From: an uncultured Candidatus Saccharibacteria bacterium
Lineage (GTDB): Bacteria; Patescibacteriota; Doudnabacteria; UBA920
Direction of reading: 5' to 3'
Length of the DNA: 44,059 nucleotides
Assembly (NCBI GenBank): GCA_964650345.1
Contig: CAZYSI010000002.1
Location: 1-44,059, forward strand
Below the pieces are notes generated by a model. That model saw only the letters and a program-made list of their open reading frames with translations. It searched no databases and was not told where the DNA came from. Position 1 is the stretch's first letter. Each line of letters opens with the position of its first letter. Positions 26,201 to 33,343 of this stretch are shown here, one piece after another. Position numbers and translations under genes: made by a program.

Positions 26201-27895
26201 ATTAACATAAAACAAGGTACACCAAAGCAAATTGCAGATTTTTTAGTTGACCCAGTGAGAGCATTGCGACGTAATAATGAGCCTGCAGCAAGTGGGGTTG
26301 ATAGCATTGAAGTGCGCAATATCGAAGGTAATGAATCAAATCGATTCTTCGAAGAGAATGAAGTTCAGATTCATGGCTCAGCCTATGAATTTAGTCCAGG
26401 TTCTTTTGCTAAACTTGAGGTTAAAGATTTAGTTGACGCAGGCTTAGAACCAAAGCATACAGTTGTTGTAGGAAGTACTGAGTTGAGAGTTTCTCAGCCT
26501 TATAATTTAGACAACGGTCGTCTGGCAGCGATGGTCTATGTGAAGCAAGGCGATGTTTATGTTCCTCGTTCCTATTACAAAAGTAATTCAGCTGTATCTT
26601 GGCGTTATTTGCCTACATATAGTAGAGAGTATGACCCTGAAACAGATCGTTACAATCGTCATTACGATAAAGGCTATGACGAGGATAGTTTAGATGCTAC
26701 TTGGGAAGTGCAAATGGCTTTAACTAAGATCGCAGCAGAACCGAATAATATTATCAATACTCCAAAGGATCCAGAATTCTATATGTTTGGGACATGTTGG
26801 GAGAAAGACAAAGATAATACTTATCAATTTTCGGTTGACGAGTTAGGTGAAACCTATAATGGTCAGTTTAAAGTACCTGAAAGTGATCGGCAGAAGCACG
26901 AAAATGTAGGCGGGTTTTTGGAATTTACTGGTGTGAATAAACTCGAGCCAGAAAAGGTTGGTTTTGCTAATCACGCTTTTAATCCGAACTTTGCTGAAGG
27001 TCCAATAGCGGAATGGCCTGACTATAGCCACATTTATGGTGCGATCACTAATAGGGTTTTTCAGAGTAAAAATAAGCAGCTTACTTATGTGATTCATGAA
27101 AGCGCAGAGGGAAAGGTGTGGATGAACATTCAGACTAATACTGAATTAACTCCAGTTGGTGTGAGGAAGAAGTGGTTTGATGGCGGAGACTTAACCTCAC
27201 CTGCGTATGAATACAAATATCCTAAGATTTCGAATAGTGGTGAATCTTATGTCTACGATCAAACTGGAGGTTATGGTGATGATTCCGATAGAAGAGGTAG
27301 TTATGTTGACATGTTTAAAAACTACAATAGCAAAATTCCTATTATTAAAGAGTATCGGGAATGGAGAAATAATCCACCCGCATCGCCACAGCCAGAGTTA
27401 GTTATTGAACCAGAGCCGGTTAAGCCTAAGCAAGCAGCTTCGTCTCCTCGAGATAGAACCCTGAAGCCAACTCCAGAAAGCCTTCGTAGCTACCCAATAG
27501 GTATTGATTCTGCGCCAGCAACTGAAGCCTGGGATCTCCTTCACTCGGAATCTAAAGAGAATCCATTTCGATCAAATATTGATGATGTTGTTCCACAGCT
27601 TAGCCAACTGGAAAATTGGGTTAATGAGCAAAGAGACTTCAGTGTAATTTACCCTGAATCTCCAATTGTAAAAGCATTTGAAATGCTGAACACGCTATTC
27701 GATTTTTATTCTGATGACGACCGAGCTCGTTCAACTGTTTCCTGGTTACGAGATACTATTAGACAGTTAAACCGCGTAAGTATGAGGCGAGCAGAAGAGC
27801 AAGCCAATGCTAATTTGGGTCGCGATAATTCAGAAGACCCAATTCCTAAAGTAAAGACCAATCGCTTAGAACGAAAACATGGTAAGAAGGAATAG
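23222..27895 (+). CDS. Giant multi-domain membrane protein (1557 aa), function unknown
   Basis: Uninterrupted 4.67-kb ORF. Hydrophobic Gly/Ala-rich segments: FTVGALAGFAAPLIAKIAV, GALTGAVGGAVGGALHYFLV, LMGGILLGGAAAGFYMF. Acidic coiled regions and an aromatic-rich C-terminal region of ~350 aa. No family motif recognised. Confidence 0.8.
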   Translation: MLFRIGERSGSDFETKLDPERKPSENINELEQTKAAEVDFEIGKEAKGKEGINERLEEELGVVAEKIISNNDDLENLIESNFSDRSPEEKQKILEQLQSAAGKEEFKGHVKEFLTKSLPKDFTVGALAGFAAPLIAKIAVKNSARALLASKTFGVSVAAGAIANAVVEPLRHWIRNKEKIVAKDIEWQLAAAQSSEQQAAIIAQTQKSLEAGRFRKEDEAGVRALLQEQLVKVHLETNKEGLEGKDKVLQILEISKSTRRALFTKEGRAVRKLINSVELLTEKNKVGYKELASASLKGALTGAVGGAVGGALHYFLVDAGYGQKAVDVIGEKLKAGWSVLRNMKGSGGPALAFINPTLATTLYGEVSNYAPDVPEKEIPDAVKQVIANKAEQSFTTAPQGLSEIKDKLAEQAFYSDLEQGNGGTHLARKALHDYRVNLIKSGDPDAANLSTEQLIFAENWFIKHKLDKYVEEGADHAFKLGEEVKPFDGADLREAIEEAKKLNEEQLKNLHKYVDKLSEKTIHEMHDLQNFENAANDYTKNIQSPQPDQSNVAPGTNPAISPTPENYDNYHPDPLTDEERKAINDSQDRFQEDQATGGSEIDKQIEQYYEDNKDTGLNESEKNIESINSKLIAIAKLNLMGGILLGGAAAGFYMFKKWQKERPTPEQSREAIEQLLRQRELEVELGEGVTDKDIHKQYNKLIRAIEQDYAYGGLANLAGKKIVLEKAHSAKEPWVDHTDPEVIHLPVSVKLDKLERFINQLDDDAIDQAKEFSERKLYEAGDIMLDLEDEFQIRIRFINRGPNGVSSQQLIDNLDRFRNALRDLPAEDLHGTNFVLTYALNELDKSSGDIYIDVVRQTDEELSKELRQLLGLAENIESGSGAPILAEPVFEDEPEDVDEPDSSGIVEPEINPVEQARQEIQSEFNEIERKHGMNIALANDKTAELLMRDRNLMFNLQDGIEDASRFYPGMFYPFEGFKIVLDDKWALEKGVRHINIKQGTPKQIADFLVDPVRALRRNNEPAASGVDSIEVRNIEGNESNRFFEENEVQIHGSAYEFSPGSFAKLEVKDLVDAGLEPKHTVVVGSTELRVSQPYNLDNGRLAAMVYVKQGDVYVPRSYYKSNSAVSWRYLPTYSREYDPETDRYNRHYDKGYDEDSLDATWEVQMALTKIAAEPNNIINTPKDPEFYMFGTCWEKDKDNTYQFSVDELGETYNGQFKVPESDRQKHENVGGFLEFTGVNKLEPEKVGFANHAFNPNFAEGPIAEWPDYSHIYGAITNRVFQSKNKQLTYVIHESAEGKVWMNIQTNTELTPVGVRKKWFDGGDLTSPAYEYKYPKISNSGESYVYDQTGGYGDDSDRRGSYVDMFKNYNSKIPIIKEYREWRNNPPASPQPELVIEPEPVKPKQAASSPRDRTLKPTPESLRSYPIGIDSAPATEAWDLLHSESKENPFRSNIDDVVPQLSQLENWVNEQRDFSVIYPESPIVKAFEMLNTLFDFYSDDDRARSTVSWLRDTIRQLNRVSMRRAEEQANANLGRDNSEDPIPKVKTNRLERKHGKKE

Positions 27896-27896
27896 G

Positions 27897-28211
27897 TTAA
27901 CGGCGATAGGAATCGTGGATAATTTTTAGTTCCTGTTCTATTGCTTCATCAATAGTTTTTAGTAGGCCAGGAACTTGAGAAGTGATATAAGAAATTTTTT
28001 CTTCTTTTTGTGGAGAGGGTAACTTTAGAGCGTCTTGATAATCTTCAGCTTGTTGTTCAGTTAATTGGGAAATCGTTACTTCAGTAATTAGGTTATCAAA
28101 GTGGCTGACAAGGGCTTTCACTGTTTCTGCTTTATCTTCATTAGATACGTTAATATCTAGAGCCGCTAAAAGCTCACGAGGGTTAATGTGTAGATTATTA
28201 ATCAAACTCAT
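27897..28211 (-). CDS. Hypothetical small acidic helical protein (104 aa)
   Basis: Convergent with the giant gene; the two stops are separated by 1 nt. A TGATATACT extended -10 lies 6 nt before its ATG. Confidence 0.55.
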   Translation of the reverse strand: MSLINNLHINPRELLAALDINVSNEDKAETVKALVSHFDNLITEVTISQLTEQQAEDYQDALKLPSPQKEEKISYITSQVPGLLKTIDEAIEQELKIIHDSYRR

Positions 28212-28217
28212 ATTTAA

Positions 28218-28226
28218 AGTATATCA
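28218..28226 (-). promoter_or_regulatory. Extended -10 (TGATATACT on minus strand), leaderless-type
   Basis: The minus strand reads ttGATATACTttaaatATG. The hexamer ends 6 nt before the start codon at 28211. Confidence 0.45.
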
Positions 28227-28241
28227 AAAGTTGTACTAAAC

Positions 28242-28272
28242 AAAAAAGCCCATATCAACAAATATGACATGG
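28242..28272 (-). terminator. Rho-independent terminator for the 28362-29396 gene
   Basis: Minus strand: CCATGTC-atatttgtt-GATATGG (7 bp including one G-U pair) followed by GCTTTTTTG. Confidence 0.65.
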
Positions 28273-28361
28273 AGACTTTTCGTTTAATTGTCTAATTCTT
28301 TTGCTATTTACTTTCCACCACTGTTTTACAGGGGCCAATTCCAATAGCATCTGAATTAAAT

Positions 28362-29396
28362 TCAGGTTATGGGTCCGCTCGGGGTCGGTGAGGTATTCGA
28401 ATTGCTCGAATTACTGTTCGTCGATCCGGACGGAGCCGCGGTATTGGAATTGCTGTTGCTGTTCTGCTGCTGCGAACTGGGATCAGGAGTCGGGCTAGGC
28501 GACGGCGTTGCCGCAGGAGCCTGGTTCGAACCTGGGTTTGTGTTCGCTGCAGGAGCAGTGGAATTGTCGGTGCCCTTGATCGTGACGGTAACGGCGACTT
28601 CGCACTTCGAGCCGCAATCTTTTGCAGCGTCGATCGTGGTGAACTTGATCGTAGCAGTGACATCCTGCGCATTCTTTTTCCCATTAAGCTTGGCAGTCAT
28701 GCGATTGGCAAGATCTGGGAAGGAGAGAAGCGCGTTCTGGGAATCGCTGGTGGCCTTGAGACGGGCAAGTATTGCATTACCGTCCTTGTCCTTGGCCTTA
28801 ATGACGATATTAGTTTCCACTGCAGTGTCGAGTTCGATGTTTGTGCTATCGGCCTCGAGACTGGCAACTTCCACCTTCTTCACTGTTACCTTGATGGCCT
28901 TGCGGAGCGCCGGGAATTCCTCGGACCCGATATAGAACGATCGAGTGCCGGGAAAGATCGAGTTAATGGTCAGCTTGTTGGTCTGCGCGTCGATCGAAGC
29001 GGTCGCAGTCTGCGACTTGCTGTAATCGGCGAGAAGCTTAGCGGTGAGCGAACTGTTATCGGCCTTTTTCAGGACGGACAGCTCTATCTCCAGCTGCTGA
29101 CCAGGGGTGGTTTCATATTCGTACTTGTCATCAGCGATGACAAACTTCGCCTCGGCCGTGTCGACTACCTCAGGCTTAGGAGCCGGGGGATTGTGTCGAC
29201 GAGCTGCTGCGGCTGTCTTCTTGACGCCGTTGCCATTGGCCTTTTTGGCGTGCTTCTTCTTGGCCTTCTTGGCCGAGTAGTTGTAAGCGGTCCGCGACGG
29301 GTTTATCGTCTGAGCCGACACCGAAAGGTGGCTTGCACACACGATGATACCGACGAAAAGTAACGAAATTATCGAAAGAATAGACAATCTTTTCAT
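28362..29396 (-). CDS. Secreted beta-rich (Ig-like repeat) protein with basic N-region and Ser/Asn/Pro-rich C-terminal tail
   Basis: Signal peptide MKRLSILSIISLLFVGIIVCASHLSVSAQ, then a Lys-rich stretch, two ~90-aa beta-strand-pattern modules, and the tail QQQNSNSNSNTAAPSGSTNSNSSNSNTSPTPSG. AGAGGAA lies before the ATG. G+C is markedly higher here: hand counts of two 60-nt lines gave 55% and 63%. Confidence 0.75.
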   Translation of the reverse strand: MKRLSILSIISLLFVGIIVCASHLSVSAQTINPSRTAYNYSAKKAKKKHAKKANGNGVKKTAAAARRHNPPAPKPEVVDTAEAKFVIADDKYEYETTPGQQLEIELSVLKKADNSSLTAKLLADYSKSQTATASIDAQTNKLTINSIFPGTRSFYIGSEEFPALRKAIKVTVKKVEVASLEADSTNIELDTAVETNIVIKAKDKDGNAILARLKATSDSQNALLSFPDLANRMTAKLNGKKNAQDVTATIKFTTIDAAKDCGSKCEVAVTVTIKGTDNSTAPAANTNPGSNQAPAATPSPSPTPDPSSQQQNSNSNSNTAAPSGSTNSNSSNSNTSPTPSGPIT

Positions 29397-29573
29397 GGTT
29401 TTCCTCTATTTGACTTAGAAATGTGCGGGTAGTCTGTATAGCGCTGGAACGCTGACCTTTTATCCCTTAAAGCTCCAGTTTCCGACAATTTTCTAGGATT
29501 TACTAGAAATTAGCTGAAACCAAAGCTCTAATGTAGTTTTATTTAATACAGTGCATATTTTAGCACATTTAGC

Positions 29574-29602
29574 TTGACTTGTCAAGTCTTTTGTGTTATA
29601 TT
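29574..29602 (+). promoter_or_regulatory. Sigma70-like promoter with palindrome over the -35
   Basis: TTGACT (29574-29579), 17 nt, TATATT (29597-29602). The palindrome CTTGAC-TT-GTCAAG (29573-29586) overlaps the -35. Confidence 0.6.
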
Positions 29603-29693
29603 AAATTGTTCTAAAAGCTGCATTTACTGTGATTTTTAGAGCAAAACAGTTAATTTTGTACATTTTCAACCTGTTCTGGAGGAACATTAGACT

Positions 29694-31769
29694 ATGAATA
29701 GTAACATCTTTTTAGCGCTTTTAGGTGTCTTTAACGTTTTAAGCCTTCTTATGCGACGGCGAGCGAAAAGCAAGCTGTCGCAGCGGGAGATCGACGCGTT
29801 GCTGACCAAATTTCCGCACCGGTCGGTAGACCAGTTGTTGTCGGCCGTTTATTCTTCACCAGTCGCTTTGGTTCGGTCACTGATCGACCATGCCGTTAAA
29901 TACAACGACGATTACACTGATGGTGATCGTGAGGCGGCAGTAGAGGTATTGTCCAAATTGTTCGTTAGTGTCGACTGGCAACCAAGAGTTTCTGGTTTGA
30001 CCGTAAAACGAATTTGGTCAGCAACCAAACAGCTAACCGAGTTGTCGGGAGCTGGCATTATCCTTGCTTTTGTCGTTTCGCTCATCGCTAATATTCTCGG
30101 GTATCTGTATTTTGAGAATTGGTGGATGTCCACCGTGGCGGTGACAGTTGGATACTTTGCTTTGGCTTCGTTTGTAGTTAGCGGTGTTCGCTACCTTTGG
30201 TCGCAGATGCCGTTGACTTCGCGTCTTGTAAAGGCGGGTCTAGTAATCGGCTTCCTTCTGTTTAGTTGGATGCCAATGATCATTTCTTATTTCTACCAAC
30301 CGGCAAGCGCGGTGGTTAATAAGGAACCTGGTATTATTGAGCAGGGAGCGATCGAGAAGCAGCTGGCGAAGATCTATGATCGTCCGCCAGTTCCTACTCG
30401 AGGAGTCCCAGCTTGGACTGCGATGGATATTAAGGTTGGCGCTAAGCGTCGATCTGAACTCAGCGCAGAACAGAAGACCTTGCGTGAATTATTGTTGGTA
30501 GACCAACTAACCTTTTCTTCTCTTAACACGACAGAAAAGGTAACTGGTTTCCAGCGTATGAAGAACTACACCACGCTCGTTTCGGCCTCCGTCGCCAATC
30601 TCTTAGTGCGCGATCCACAGGCTGGTAAGGACTTTGCTGAGCAAACAGGTTTACAACCCGAAAACCTGGCTGACTACTTCCTGGCAATTTTAGGGAAGGA
30701 GTCATCTTGGTCAAACGATTGTGAATCGGGGACCGGTCCGGTATGTCCCGCAGGTATTTCTATTGCCTTGGGGGAAGACGAGGGTTTGGTGAAGGGAAAT
30801 CAGGATCTTCGAAAGGTTCCGGAACATGCTATACCGATGATGGTTGAGTATGCTTATGGTAATTACCAAAAGCTTAATCGTCGTTGGGATCTGGCTGCTC
30901 TGGGTTATCATACTGGGCGTAGTCGCGCCTTAGGTTTGGTAAAGATTGCCCAAGAAGAGAATTTGCAATGGAAGACCTACATGGATATCTACTTTGCAGA
31001 TCCTGATAAATATCCACAAACCTGGGCTAAGGTCCAGGAAATCCATTCCAAGGACTTCGGTGATACCTACTGGCCTGGCATCATTCGCTATATGGAGCTT
31101 ATTTCTGTGTTTCGCACAGATGAAGAAGCTTTCCAAGAAATTGCGAAAGCGCAGCTCAGGAGGGTTGATGGTCGAAACATTGCCCCTAAGTACAAGTTCC
31201 ATACATTCTTTGACGAGAGCCTGTTGAATTTCGAGGGCATCGGTATGTTGAAGGACTTGAACGACTTGAAAGCTGCGGCTGCTAAAGGTTTGCTTGTAAC
31301 TGCACCGAACCATAACTCGATTAATTACCGCACAGCGGATGATCGAGGGATTGGTGCGAACGACAAGGCAAACGGTCTCGAGTACAAACGGTTAAGGCCT
31401 TTGGGTATTGGCGGTTTGTGGGCTGTGGGAACCTTGGTTGGTCGGCTTGATTCGCAGCAACGTCTGGACCTAACTTCCATGATTCGCACGGATGAGTACC
31501 AGAAAAAAGCGAATACTCGTGAGGATGTGGCTGTCCCAACTCATTTGTCGGGGTTGGTATTCGACATCTCGATGAAGGATATGAAGGATGACGATCCTGA
31601 ATACATCCGCATTGCATTCGCTCTCAATGAACTTGAGAATTACGGATGTGTAAGCTGGATGCCGGAAGGGAAAGCGTATCGAGCTTTCCATGTCGTCATT
31701 AATCCTTATCAGAAACAGTGCGTGGAGATGTTTATGAACAACTACCATGTTAGTGGTGCGGTCGGCTAA
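29694..31769 (+). CDS. Membrane-anchored putative cell-wall hydrolase: lytic-transglycosylase-like plus M15 (VanY-like) peptidase-like motifs
   Basis: GGAGG lies 11 nt before the ATG. The N-terminal ~200 aa contain several TM helices. LAILGKESSW (Glu codon 30699-30701) and AALGYHTG resemble SLT motifs I and III. SMIRTDEYQ, PTHLSGLVFD (31542-31565) and AYRAFHVV resemble the SxxR...Q / HxxGxxxD / xxH pattern of M15 peptidases. Confidence 0.6.
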   Translation: MNSNIFLALLGVFNVLSLLMRRRAKSKLSQREIDALLTKFPHRSVDQLLSAVYSSPVALVRSLIDHAVKYNDDYTDGDREAAVEVLSKLFVSVDWQPRVSGLTVKRIWSATKQLTELSGAGIILAFVVSLIANILGYLYFENWWMSTVAVTVGYFALASFVVSGVRYLWSQMPLTSRLVKAGLVIGFLLFSWMPMIISYFYQPASAVVNKEPGIIEQGAIEKQLAKIYDRPPVPTRGVPAWTAMDIKVGAKRRSELSAEQKTLRELLLVDQLTFSSLNTTEKVTGFQRMKNYTTLVSASVANLLVRDPQAGKDFAEQTGLQPENLADYFLAILGKESSWSNDCESGTGPVCPAGISIALGEDEGLVKGNQDLRKVPEHAIPMMVEYAYGNYQKLNRRWDLAALGYHTGRSRALGLVKIAQEENLQWKTYMDIYFADPDKYPQTWAKVQEIHSKDFGDTYWPGIIRYMELISVFRTDEEAFQEIAKAQLRRVDGRNIAPKYKFHTFFDESLLNFEGIGMLKDLNDLKAAAAKGLLVTAPNHNSINYRTADDRGIGANDKANGLEYKRLRPLGIGGLWAVGTLVGRLDSQQRLDLTSMIRTDEYQKKANTREDVAVPTHLSGLVFDISMKDMKDDDPEYIRIAFALNELENYGCVSWMPEGKAYRAFHVVINPYQKQCVEMFMNNYHVSGAVG

Positions 31770-31807
31770 CTCCGGCCTGGATTCATAGTCTCTGAACTGT
31801 TTTGCTC

Positions 31808-31842
31808 GCCGGCTCTTACTAAAAGTTTGAGCCGGCTTTTTT
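31808..31842 (+). terminator. Rho-independent terminator
   Basis: GCCGGCTC-13 nt-GAGCCGGC followed by TTTTTT. Confidence 0.88.
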
Positions 31843-31874
31843 ATACTAAATTTTCATTTGCCTTTCACCGAGAG

Positions 31875-31885
31875 TGTGGTATAAT
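31875..31885 (+). promoter_or_regulatory. Extended -10 element (TGTGGTATAAT)
   Basis: tgtggtataat, with ttgcct 16 nt upstream. An ~83-nt A/C-rich leader runs to the 31969 ATG. Confidence 0.55.
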
Positions 31886-31968
31886 ATTTCCAAGTCCTCG
31901 AAACATTTCGAAACCCAAACAAAATTATCAAAACAAACCTAAAACAAACATAGAAAGACCTTTAATTT

Positions 31969-32574
31969 ATGGATAAAACTGCTAATTTAGCGTTGGTTAT
32001 GCAGATGATCGATGCTGCGGAAAAGAATATTCAATCTGCCAAACAATTACTACGCGAAAGTGGGGGTATTGCGCCTGCACGTAGTAGCGCTTCTGCTGTA
32101 TTTGAAAAAGCTCAAAGCCTGTCTTCTTCTGAAGGGGGTAAGGTTATTGAAGGCGTATTCGACGGTCAAAATATGATCGGACCAGAAGGTAAACAATATC
32201 CAGTACCGGCTAATTATGCATCAAAAAGTAAGCTCGTCGAAGGTGATATGCTTAAACTCACTATTGCTGACGATGGTTCGTTCATTTACAAACAAATCGC
32301 TCCAGTAGAACGTCGCAAAGTTATGGGCACTCTGATGCAAGATGAGAAAGGCGATTACAAGGTTATTGCCGAGGGTAAATCTTTTAAAGTACTACTGGCA
32401 TCGTTAACTTACTTTAAAGCCGATGCAGGCGATGAGGTGACTATTGTCTTGCCACAAGATACTGACAGTGAATGGGCCGCAGTTGAACATGTTATTAAGC
32501 ACAACTCTTCGAACATTGATGCCGAAGCTGGGGGTATGGATATAGACGCCGAAGCTGGGGGAGAAGAATTCTAA
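31969..32574 (+). CDS. Hypothetical protein (201 aa) with C-terminal tandem IDAEAGG repeat
   Basis: ORF with 27-nt-period repeat units at 32518-32534 and 32545-32561. Its stop overlaps the next start (TAATG). Confidence 0.6.
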   Translation: MDKTANLALVMQMIDAAEKNIQSAKQLLRESGGIAPARSSASAVFEKAQSLSSSEGGKVIEGVFDGQNMIGPEGKQYPVPANYASKSKLVEGDMLKLTIADDGSFIYKQIAPVERRKVMGTLMQDEKGDYKVIAEGKSFKVLLASLTYFKADAGDEVTIVLPQDTDSEWAAVEHVIKHNSSNIDAEAGGMDIDAEAGGEEF

Positions 32575-33212
32575 TGCGCGAGCAAATCCGCCAACTCCTC
32601 AAACAGTACCCAATCATATTACAATTCATGAAGTTTGCAGCTATTGGATTCTTAACAGCTGCTTTAGACTTTTTAATTTTAAATTTTCTGTCCAAGTTAT
32701 TCGGAATTAATTCTGGAATACACTTGGGCTTAATTAATATTATCAGCTTTATTGCTGCTGTGATTCACAACTATTTGTGGCAACGCCACTGGACTTTTGC
32801 CGTTGGGCAAGATGTTGGTTTGTTCCGCAATTTTATTCGCTGTGTAATGGTGGGCGGAGCTGGTGTAGCGTTTATTGCAGCTGTCTTACTCTCCGCTCGG
32901 TTTGAAGCCAGTGCTGTAGTATATGCTGGTTTGTTGTTGGTATTCTTCTTGCTTCTTTGGGCGTTTTGGTCGACCTTTGAACTCTTGGCTACTCGTAATG
33001 CTGGTCAGGTTAGTGTTCAGTTTGCGGCTTTCTTGGTGGTAAGCATTATTGGTCTTTTGATTAACACTTTTATTGTCTCGTTTGCTTCTGCTTATTTAGT
33101 TGATTACGGCATTGCTGAGGATTTAGCTAAGAATATTGCTAAAATTGCCGCTAATGGTGTGTCATTGATTTGGAACTTTACAGGGTATAAATTGATAGTA
33201 TTTCGACGGTAG
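32574..33212 (+). CDS. GtrA-like family membrane protein, longer than usual (212 aa)
   Basis: N-terminus FMKFAAIGFLTAALDFLILNFL and C-terminus NGVSLIWNFTGYKLIVF are typical GtrA-family ends. There is an extra central hydrophobic region. Confidence 0.65.
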   Translation: MREQIRQLLKQYPIILQFMKFAAIGFLTAALDFLILNFLSKLFGINSGIHLGLINIISFIAAVIHNYLWQRHWTFAVGQDVGLFRNFIRCVMVGGAGVAFIAAVLLSARFEASAVVYAGLLLVFFLLLWAFWSTFELLATRNAGQVSVQFAAFLVVSIIGLLINTFIVSFASAYLVDYGIAEDLAKNIAKIAANGVSLIWNFTGYKLIVFRR

Positions 33213-33245
33213 CATATATTCATAAGAAGATAAAAATTTAAAATC

Positions 33246-33271
33246 AAAAAACACCCTTGCGGGTGTTTTTT
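33246..33271. terminator. Bidirectional rho-independent terminator
   Basis: aaaaaaCACCC-ttgc-GGGTGtttttt: A-run and T-run on either side. It lies between the gtrA-like gene (+) and the tRNA-like element (-). Confidence 0.85.
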
Positions 33272-33343
33272 CTGAGTCGGCAGATTTCTCTGAGACCAGG
33301 GTTGGTAAATATATTTTACCAATATGGGCCGCTTTGTCAAGTT

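Noticed and set aside
28367-28935. Overlapping ORFs 28367-28684 (-) and 28369-28935 (+) inside the 28362-29396 gene.
   Set aside because: High G+C suppresses stop codons in all frames. The translations are Arg/Leu/Pro- or Gly/Val/Ala-rich low complexity, whereas the 344-aa frame has a signal peptide and domain-like sequence.
30523-31748. A series of minus-strand and off-frame ORFs (30523-30714, 30711-30911, 30930-31313, 30946-31227, 31321-31617, 31470-31748) within the hydrolase gene.
   Set aside because: All are nested in the 691-aa ORF, which has an SD, promoter, terminator and recognisable motifs. They are shadow ORFs.
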